Of a stretch of DNA of 31,332 nt, positions 24,731-31,332 are shown in pieces. This stretch comes from a virus. Taxonomy: Duplodnaviria > Caudoviricetes. Under the pieces are notes generated by a model. It saw only the letters and a list, made by a program, of their open reading frames with translations. It did no database searches and had not been told where the DNA came from. Location of the stretch: IMG/VR virus record IMGVR_UViG_3300047290_000194, positions 1 through 31,332 of that record, one strand, 5' to 3'. The position numbers and the translations under genes are program-made. Numbering within the stretch: the first letter of the stretch is position 1; the number at the start of each line of letters is the position of its first letter.

Positions 24731-25171
24731 ATGACTCGTATCACTTCGCTTGATCTACAACCCTTCTACCGCACCTCCATTGGTGTGGATCGTTTGTTCG
24801 ACCGCATCCTGAGTCAGATGGATACCGCGGCCACAAACAACTACCCGCCCTACAACATAGTCAAAATCACAGACACTGTTTTTGAGCTGCAACTGGCTGT
24901 GGCTGGTTTCCGCCAAGGTGATCTAGAAATCACGGTCAAAGACGGCGTGTTGACCGTGGCCGGGCAGCGCACCGAGGAACTGCTCGAGGGACAGGAGTAC
25001 ATGTACCGCGGCATTGGTGCTCGCAAATTCAGCCGCACTTGGCCCCTGGGCGAGTATGTGGAAGTGCGTGATGCAGCGGTGGAGAACGGCATACTCACGG
25101 TCACACTGGAACAGGTGGTGCCCGAGAGTGCTCGTCCCAAAACCATTGCAATCACCTACAAAAACTCGTAA
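24731..25171 (+). CDS. Small heat-shock protein Hsp20 (IbpA-like)
   Basis: IGVDRLF, NYPPYNI, LAVAGF, YRGI..R.F.R, A.VENGIL. Confidence 0.95.
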   Translation: MTRITSLDLQPFYRTSIGVDRLFDRILSQMDTAATNNYPPYNIVKITDTVFELQLAVAGFRQGDLEITVKDGVLTVAGQRTEELLEGQEYMYRGIGARKFSRTWPLGEYVEVRDAAVENGILTVTLEQVVPESARPKTIAITYKNS

Positions 25172-25178
25172 CATAGCG

Positions 25179-25208
25179 TAAATACAGTGGCGGCACCTGC
25201 CGCCACTG
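25179..25208 (+). terminator. TAAATA hexamer followed by a perfect GC hairpin
   Basis: CAGTGGCGGC-ACCT-GCCGCCACTG. Confidence 0.55.
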
Positions 25209-25226
25209 AAACTACTAGGAGTCAGC

Positions 25227-25538
25227 ATGCCTCAAGTTGAAAGCCACACGCGCACGCGGGTCAATGAAAAAGCCAAAGAACCTCCCATGTTTCGCGTGAT
25301 TTACCTCAATGACAATCAGACCCACATGGATTTCGTGGTCGAAAGTCTCATGGAATTCTTCAACTACACGCAGGAATTGGCCACCCAGATTACCTTGGAC
25401 ATACATCAAGAAGGATCTGCCTGCGTAGCGGTGCTACCATTTGAGATAGCAGAACAAAAGGGTATCGAAGTCACGGTGAGCGCACGCAGCCAGAACTATC
25501 CACTCCAGGTCAAATTGGAACCCGAAACCACACACTAG
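25227..25538 (+). CDS. clpS: ClpS N-degron adaptor
   Basis: PPMFRVIYLNDNQTHMDFVVESL...IHQEGSA....FEIAEQK...YPL. Confidence 0.93.
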   Translation: MPQVESHTRTRVNEKAKEPPMFRVIYLNDNQTHMDFVVESLMEFFNYTQELATQITLDIHQEGSACVAVLPFEIAEQKGIEVTVSARSQNYPLQVKLEPETTH

Positions 25539-26359
25539 GCCAACACGATCCGGAGAGGATTGTAGGCCAGGTTGTTCCAGGGGGTGCCTGATCTGCCCCG
25601 ACAGTTATTGACATAACGCACCCCATTGATCGTGCGGTCCACACCAAGGTGATAGTGACCAAAGCACCAGGTGTGGACCTTGCGTTCCACATCTTCATCT
25701 AGTACCTCCCTCATGTAAGCATTGCCCATGAGGGACAAACGGGGATTGTGCTCCAGATGAATGTCATGGCTGACCAGTTCAGGCAAGGGCACCGTATGGG
25801 TCATTATGATGATTTTGTTCACGTCCCCGTGTGTCTGGAGCCGTTTGACGGATCTTTTGAGATATTGGGCATCGTTGATCGCGCTTTTGATCATCCATGT
25901 CGCGTCCAACTCGCTCACGCTGCTGGGGTAACTGGGATCTTGATCCACCGTGTGCTGCCACTTTTGTCTGTACCACTGTATGGTCTCATCAACGTCTTGG
26001 GCTGGATCAAAATCAAATCCCCACCAACCATTGGTGGCCAAAATGGCCACGCCATTTACGATGACCACATTGTCTTGCATCCACACCACGTCAGATATAT
26101 TTTTGATTTTCTGCGCCAGTAGCTGATAGCTTTGACCCAAGCGACCCCAGTAATGCACATGCTCGTCGTTGCCATCTATATAGAAGACCGCTTGATAACA
26201 TTGACCCAGATGTTTGAGAGTCTGTAACAAAAGGCCGCGGTCCTTGGCAATGTCCCCTGCCACTAGGCAGTAGGGACTGGTAGCTCTATGGGTCCAATCG
26301 AACCTGTCGGGCCAGGTGTCAAGGTGTAGATCTGAAATTAGATCGAATGCCAGTTCCAT
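25535..26359 (-). CDS. Calcineurin-like metallophosphoesterase (start 26359 or 26368)
   Basis: SDLH, AGDI, GNDEH (variant of GNHE), THTVP, FGHYH. Confidence 0.88.
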   Translation of the reverse strand: MELAFDLISDLHLDTWPDRFDWTHRATSPYCLVAGDIAKDRGLLLQTLKHLGQCYQAVFYIDGNDEHVHYWGRLGQSYQLLAQKIKNISDVVWMQDNVVIVNGVAILATNGWWGFDFDPAQDVDETIQWYRQKWQHTVDQDPSYPSSVSELDATWMIKSAINDAQYLKRSVKRLQTHGDVNKIIIMTHTVPLPELVSHDIHLEHNPRLSLMGNAYMREVLDEDVERKVHTWCFGHYHLGVDRTINGVRYVNNCRGRSGTPWNNLAYNPLRIVLA

Positions 26360-26386
26360 AACATACATACTTACGAGGAAACTGCC

Positions 26387-26749
26387 ATGAACATAATTTT
26401 CGATCACCAAACCCAACATGTGCCCCAAGGTCATACCTTGCTGGAGTTAGACTCGTTTCGCCAGAGTCCCAGCGGTAGCACCCGTACCGCCTACTGCCTC
26501 ATAGAAAAAATACCTCTAGATGAATTTCCGCTGCTAGAGTACCTGGTCAAGTGTCACGGCGATCTTATGTCGGCCTATCGCGAGCAAAACTGGGAATACT
26601 GTGAGTGCGCTATCCAAGGTCTCATGGGCAAGTTCGCTGGCGAGATGGACAGTTTTTATCAAGACCTAGCACACAGGGTGCAGCATTTCAAACTAAATCC
26701 ACCTGGTCCAGATTGGGATGCAGTAAGAGATTCAGCTCATTTGACCTGA
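26387..26749 (+). CDS. Hypothetical protein resembling the helical C-terminal tail of adenylate/guanylate cyclases
   Basis: ELD.F...AYREQNW...FY...R...PPGPDWDAV. No catalytic core present. Confidence 0.6.
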   Translation: MNIIFDHQTQHVPQGHTLLELDSFRQSPSGSTRTAYCLIEKIPLDEFPLLEYLVKCHGDLMSAYREQNWEYCECAIQGLMGKFAGEMDSFYQDLAHRVQHFKLNPPGPDWDAVRDSAHLT

Positions 26750-27960
26750 CTTGCCAACCAGGCCATACAGGCTTGGTACTGAGTCTGCACCAAGGGAGTG
26801 GGTGTGATTACTGACCATCGATCATTGATGTAACGACCATCTGCGTGATCCCGTACTCGCGCCAACGCTGAACCGATGTTCTGCTGATACTCATCAACTA
26901 CCTGCCGGAAAAAACTTCTGCTAAAGAATCGGCGCTTGTTGAACTGCGCGATCGCATACAGCTCATGGCTGATCTGGGTTCTATAGGCGCAGGTGCTCAG
27001 TCGTTGCATCTCGTCCAATATCATACCAAGGCGCTTGACCGGATCTGGTTCAAGATCATAGTCCTCATTGATCACACCCTGCCATGTTCTAAATCCATAG
27101 CCACGTAGGAATCTTAGGGCTCCGGGCCCAGCTGCCAGCAAGAAAGGTTTACCACAAGCGATGGGGCGTAAAACCTTTTCAGTGAGATGCACTGTGTTGG
27201 TGTCAAACAGGGTTTCCAACACTACTTCTAGCCAGCAGTTGGCATAATCGCGATTGACATAGTCAGCAGAGCTGGTGGCTGGGTGATTGTTAGGAGGCAG
27301 TAATCTCTCTAGGTCGGACCTAGTGATCTGCAAGCGATCATTGGCAAAGGTGTGTTGGTTGTAGTGATGGGGATCATGGGCTCTGAACGCGGTCTCACAG
27401 CGATGTTGCAGTCCCCTATCCACCATCATTTCTGCGAATTTCAATCGATATTCCCTAGTGCCCGACCAAGCTCGATTGTAGATCAAGAAGTCTTTGGTCC
27501 AGCTGTGTTTGTGATCAAGAGCCGGATCCAATCTCGCATAGCGGAACCAGTCCCTGGCGATCAGCGCGTGGCTCCAGTAAAAAGCTGGTTCAGCACCCTG
27601 CGCCCTGAACAGATCCACTTGATCACTGTTGATTTCTGAATGCAACAACACATACTTACTGTGAACATTGATTCCAGTGAGATGCACCAAGTGCCAGTAT
27701 TGGCTGGATGGCTTCATGTTTTTGTGTTGCAACCATTGATCCAGGCGCCACGTCATGTCCCCGTAATTGAGAGGTTCCTGATCGTGGCAGATCACTATGG
27801 GATTGATCTGCGTAAAAAAAGGCGCCAGAGCCTCATAATCTCGTAGCAGAGTACAGTGTTCTATTTTTCTTGAACCATGCGGGTGCCAGCGATAAATTAC
27901 CATATCATGGTCGACACTGTCATCAAGAAAGTTATATAATCTATCTAAAGGAATAGTCAT
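26737..27960 (-). CDS. Putative glycosyltransferase-like protein (TEK..RP family)
   Basis: EVVLET....HLTEKVLRPIACGKPFL....L..LR.YGFRT resembles GT-B (GT10-like) C-terminal motifs. Confidence 0.6.
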   Translation of the reverse strand: MTIPLDRLYNFLDDSVDHDMVIYRWHPHGSRKIEHCTLLRDYEALAPFFTQINPIVICHDQEPLNYGDMTWRLDQWLQHKNMKPSSQYWHLVHLTGINVHSKYVLLHSEINSDQVDLFRAQGAEPAFYWSHALIARDWFRYARLDPALDHKHSWTKDFLIYNRAWSGTREYRLKFAEMMVDRGLQHRCETAFRAHDPHHYNQHTFANDRLQITRSDLERLLPPNNHPATSSADYVNRDYANCWLEVVLETLFDTNTVHLTEKVLRPIACGKPFLLAAGPGALRFLRGYGFRTWQGVINEDYDLEPDPVKRLGMILDEMQRLSTCAYRTQISHELYAIAQFNKRRFFSRSFFRQVVDEYQQNIGSALARVRDHADGRYINDRWSVITPTPLVQTQYQACMAWLASQVK

Positions 27961-29202
27961 ATGGCAAATATTGGTTTTATTGGACTAGGCAAGTTGGGCC
28001 TGGACTGTGCGGAAGTTTTCGCTGAACGGCACACGGTACGAGGTTTCGATATTTACCCGAGGTCCAGCTCGCTGGTCAAAGTATGCGATATCCACGAAGT
28101 GGTCAATCACAGTGAATGGATCTTTATCGCGGTGCCCACACCGCATGCCGCAGGCTACGATGGATCTGTTCCCAGCAGCCATATGGAGCCCCGAGATTTT
28201 GGCCATGAAGCTGTGATAGACGCCATCAATCAGATCAACCAGCATGCGCAGACATCCAAAAAGGTGGTATTGATCAGCACCGTGTTGCCCGGGACCACCC
28301 GACGTCATTTTTATCCCTTGTTGGACAAGCGACACCAGTTCTTGTACAACCCTTATCTGATCGCCATGGGATCAGTCAAGTGGGACATGGTCAACCCCGA
28401 AATGATCATGATCGGTACTGAGGACGGCAACCCCAATACTCTAGCGCAGGAACTGATAGAAATCTATCGCACCATCATGCAGAACGATCCGCGCTATGAA
28501 ATCGGCACCTGGGATGAGTGCGAGGCCATCAAGATCTTCTACAACACCTTTATCTCGGCCAAGGTGGGCTTGGCCAACATGATCCAAGATTTCGCCATGC
28601 GGATCGGTCATATCAATGTGGACGTGGTGACCACTGCTCTAGCCCGTAGCACCATGCGCATCATGGGACCAAAATACATGACCGCGGGCATGGGCGATGC
28701 TGGCGCTTGCCATCCCAGAGACAACATAGCCCTGCGCTGGTTGGCCCAGGAGTATGATCTGGGCTATGACCTATTTGATACTATCATGCATGCGCGAGAG
28801 GTCCAGGCACGCAACCTAGCCCAGTACCTAATCTCTTGCAAGGTCACTCCTGACATGCAGATAGCGATCCACGGCAAGGCCTACAAGCCCGATGTGCCCT
28901 ACTGTATCGGCTCCTACTCCACGCTGGTGGGACACTATGTGGCCGAAGCTGGACACGATGTGATGTATGTGGATCCCATGGCCGACGATCGTACGGACTG
29001 CGTGGATCAACTGCAACTGCCCGCAGTGATCCTGATGGCGCACAATCGCAAGGTCACCTACGGTTACACTGGCCAACAAGCCCAGGACAAGTTTTATTTT
29101 GAAATTCCCGTGGGCAGCATAGTGGTAGACCCCTGGCGTACACTGACTTCAGCAGATGTGGCTGGGTCATGGGTTATCCACTATGGCAACAGCCGTGCCT
29201 AG
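27961..29202 (+). CDS. UDP-glucose/GDP-mannose dehydrogenase family protein
   Basis: IGLGKLG Rossmann, FIAVPTP, STVLPGT, YNP, E.IK.FYN, catalytic GACHPRD, AYKP, VDPW. Confidence 0.92.
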   Translation: MANIGFIGLGKLGLDCAEVFAERHTVRGFDIYPRSSSLVKVCDIHEVVNHSEWIFIAVPTPHAAGYDGSVPSSHMEPRDFGHEAVIDAINQINQHAQTSKKVVLISTVLPGTTRRHFYPLLDKRHQFLYNPYLIAMGSVKWDMVNPEMIMIGTEDGNPNTLAQELIEIYRTIMQNDPRYEIGTWDECEAIKIFYNTFISAKVGLANMIQDFAMRIGHINVDVVTTALARSTMRIMGPKYMTAGMGDAGACHPRDNIALRWLAQEYDLGYDLFDTIMHAREVQARNLAQYLISCKVTPDMQIAIHGKAYKPDVPYCIGSYSTLVGHYVAEAGHDVMYVDPMADDRTDCVDQLQLPAVILMAHNRKVTYGYTGQQAQDKFYFEIPVGSIVVDPWRTLTSADVAGSWVIHYGNSRA

Positions 29203-29716
29203 AGTGCTGAGGGGTAGCATGATGCCCCATTGGGGCTATCAACATCGAGATCTTGCATTTGTGAACGAAGATTTCAATGACCCCCAGTCGGTGCAGCAGT
29301 GGCGGTCCGCGGGGTTTACCCAAACACGCTTTACGGGTGACATGTACGACATGCGCAGGCCCGAACCCAAATGGATAGATGCATTCAGGGATCAATTTGC
29401 TTGGTCGATTTTCAGTTGGTCAGTCTATCGCATGGGCCCGGGTACTGTGTTGCCCAATCATGCAGATACCTACAACAGGTTTAGGATGTTGCACCAGATC
29501 CAAGAAGTCAACCACATATTCAGAGCCGTAGTATTCCTCGAAGATTGGCAGAGTGGACACTATGCAGAATATGATGGCCGCGCCCTGGTCAATTGGAAGC
29601 AGGGAGACTGGGTGATATGGCAAGGTGATACCCAGCACGCAGCAGCCAACGTGGGTTTTACAGATCGTTACACCCTCCAGATAACAGGGATTCCCAATGA
29701 AAATCCATTCTTATAA
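29183..29716 (+). CDS. 2OG-Fe(II) oxygenase / cupin-fold hydroxylase
   Basis: PG.VLP.HADT (HxD)...HAAAN.G...RYTLQITG (distal His, Arg). Confidence 0.75.
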   Translation: MATAVPRVLRGSMMPHWGYQHRDLAFVNEDFNDPQSVQQWRSAGFTQTRFTGDMYDMRRPEPKWIDAFRDQFAWSIFSWSVYRMGPGTVLPNHADTYNRFRMLHQIQEVNHIFRAVVFLEDWQSGHYAEYDGRALVNWKQGDWVIWQGDTQHAAANVGFTDRYTLQITGIPNENPFL

Positions 29717-30617
29717 CGAGTGGGACACGCTGCGCGAAGTGATCGTAGGCAGCGCGACCAAGGCCAACTGGCCCACGCACGACCCCGTATGGGCCAAAGA
29801 AAGCCAAAAGACCACCTGGACCCAGACACCTGTGCCCAGTGGACCAGTAAGCCAGTTCATAATCGATGAAGCCAACGAAGATCTAGAAGCCCTGTGCGAT
29901 CTGTTGCGTGCCGCAGGGGTGGTAGTGCATCGGCCCCAACCCATGGATTTCCAAGCAGCGGGTGGTATGTACAACTACTGCCCCAGGGATAGGTTGCTGA
30001 TCTGGGGTGACAGCGTGATTGATCCAGCCATGATGTATCCCTGCAGAGACATGGAATTGGATGCCTACCACAATGTGGTGGACAGCGCGGTGCGTTACTA
30101 TCACATGCCCAGACATGAGGGCATGATCCTGGATGCGGCCAACGTGTGCCGTCTGGGCGACACCTGGCTCTATCTCCTCAGCTGGAGCGGCAATCAAGCT
30201 GCTTTGGAATGGCTGCAACACACCATGCCCCACATTACTATCGAGAGCTGCAATTTTTACTCGGGCGTGCACATAGACAGCACTATCGTGCCCTTGAGAG
30301 AAGGGCTGGTCATGATCAACGCCAGCCGGGTGCGTCCAGAACAAGTGCCCAAAGCCATCCAGGGATGGAGCAAGATCTGGGTAGATGATGTAGTGGCCCA
30401 AGGTTTCGTGGACTATCCCTATGCATCAAAATGGATAGGGATGAATTGTCTCAGCATCGACAGCCGTACCGTGATCATGGATGCGGCCCAAAGTGATCTA
30501 AGGAGAACTTTGGAAAGATTGGGTTTTACCGTGATCCCCCACACCCTGCGCCACAGTCGCACTTTGGGCGGGGGGTTTCATTGCGTGACCTTGGATACCT
30601 GGCGAGAAAATAGGTAG
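29697..30617 (+). CDS. Amidinotransferase (glycine/inosamine-phosphate amidinotransferase family)
   Basis: SYNEWDTLREVIVG, CPRD, DAA, HIDST, GGGFHCVTLD (Asp-His-Cys triad). Confidence 0.93.
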   Translation: MKIHSYNEWDTLREVIVGSATKANWPTHDPVWAKESQKTTWTQTPVPSGPVSQFIIDEANEDLEALCDLLRAAGVVVHRPQPMDFQAAGGMYNYCPRDRLLIWGDSVIDPAMMYPCRDMELDAYHNVVDSAVRYYHMPRHEGMILDAANVCRLGDTWLYLLSWSGNQAALEWLQHTMPHITIESCNFYSGVHIDSTIVPLREGLVMINASRVRPEQVPKAIQGWSKIWVDDVVAQGFVDYPYASKWIGMNCLSIDSRTVIMDAAQSDLRRTLERLGFTVIPHTLRHSRTLGGGFHCVTLDTWRENR

Positions 30618-30643
30618 ACCAGAAACCTAGGTTGTGCTACAAT
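30615..30643 (+). promoter_or_regulatory. sigma70-type promoter (leaderless transcript likely)
   Basis: TAGACC-17-TACAAT with TGn; ATG 6 nt downstream. Confidence 0.65.
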
Positions 30644-30649
30644 GCTAGC

Positions 30650-31332
30650 ATGACTACTCCACGCATAGGTTTTTGCTGTAAATGGCTCACTGATCCCACC
30701 GAATGTGGCGGGATGAAAGTGAACGCTGCCAACCGCGAACTAAATGGTCGCAGCACCACCATGCGATGGCTGCGCGAACACAAAAACGAAGCCGAACAGC
30801 GCCAATGGGACATCATGAACCACAATGCCCGAGCAGCTCTACGCATGGTAGAGACCGTGGGCGCCTTGAGACCCGAACTGAGGATGGTGCGCCTGGGCAG
30901 CGAAATGCTGCAAGGCTATACGGAGAAAGACTGGAAGGCGTGGTGGCAGCAGGCTGATGTGCAGCGACATTGCGAACAGATCTTTCGACCCATAGGTGAT
31001 CGTGCACGTGAACTGGGTGTGCGCCTCAGCTTCCATCCGGGCCAGTTCTGTGTACTGGCTTCGGATAGCGATGACATCGTTGAGCGCAGCATGGAAGAGT
31101 TTGAATATCATGCAGACATGGCTCGCTGGATGGGCTATGGTGCCAACTGGCATGATTGGGGTTTCAAGATCAACGTGCATCTGTCGGGTCGCGCTGGCCC
31201 GGCCAAATTCCTGCAGACCCTGGGACGACTCACACCTGAGGCCCGCAACCTTATCACAATTGAAAACGACGAGATGTCAAATGGTTTGGACGTTACTTTG
31301 GATGTGGCTGGGCATGTGGCTCTTGTGCTGGA
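30650..31332 (+). CDS. uvsE: UV damage endonuclease UvsE/UVDE (partial, runs off window)
   Basis: Translated by hand: RIGFCCK, RMVRLGS, RLSFHPGQFCVLAS, VERS.EEFEYH, INVH, ITIENDE. Confidence 0.92.
   Translation, partial: MTTPRIGFCCKWLTDPTECGGMKVNAANRELNGRSTTMRWLREHKNEAEQRQWDIMNHNARAALRMVETVGALRPELRMVRLGSEMLQGYTEKDWKAWWQQADVQRHCEQIFRPIGDRARELGVRLSFHPGQFCVLASDSDDIVERSMEEFEYHADMARWMGYGANWHDWGFKINVHLSGRAGPAKFLQTLGRLTPEARNLITIENDEMSNGLDVTLDVAGHVALVL

Noticed and set aside
20379-25538. Bacterial chromosome segment (aminotransferase, clpX, rpsU, clpS)
   Set aside because: The gene order is non-bacterial (no clpP/lon/clpA neighbours), and the genes are interleaved with phage-type genes and TATAAATA promoters.
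1-31332. Stop-codon reassignment, as in some large phages
   Set aside because: Conserved enzymes are full length in code 11 and end at TAA, TAG and TGA alike.

Overview
This is a gene-dense ~31 kb segment of a large lytic dsDNA phage, probably a jumbo/huge myovirus with a proteobacterial host (both inferred). It reads in the standard genetic code, and I found no tRNA, rRNA or CRISPR array. The left half (1-13.5 kb) is a + strand early/accessory region cut into small transcription units by repeated near-consensus sigma70 promoters, four of them preceded by an IHF-consensus box. It encodes a GIY-YIG protein, ATP-dependent DNA ligase, a ParB/DGQHR-like + GIY-YIG-like pair, a SWIM protein, a P22 gp17-like protein, an SPFH lipoprotein, a type IV pilin-like protein, RtcB and a CX5R phosphatase. 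At 13.5-15.9 kb a - strand collagen-like fibre gene has an AT-rich swapped tip and an orphaned former tip downstream. At 17.3-19.9 kb an NAD+ salvage pair (NMNAT-Nudix + NAMPT) has two leaders that share a two-hairpin RNA architecture (candidate new cis-regulatory RNA). Further right are an alanine-glyoxylate aminotransferase, a ClpX-bS21-Hsp20 (ROSE-like leader)-ClpS cluster and a metallophosphoesterase. These are followed by a glycosyltransferase-like / nucleotide-sugar dehydrogenase / 2OG-Fe(II) oxygenase / amidinotransferase cluster, and a UvsE UV endonuclease that runs off the end. All family calls come from recognising motifs by eye; no searches were run.
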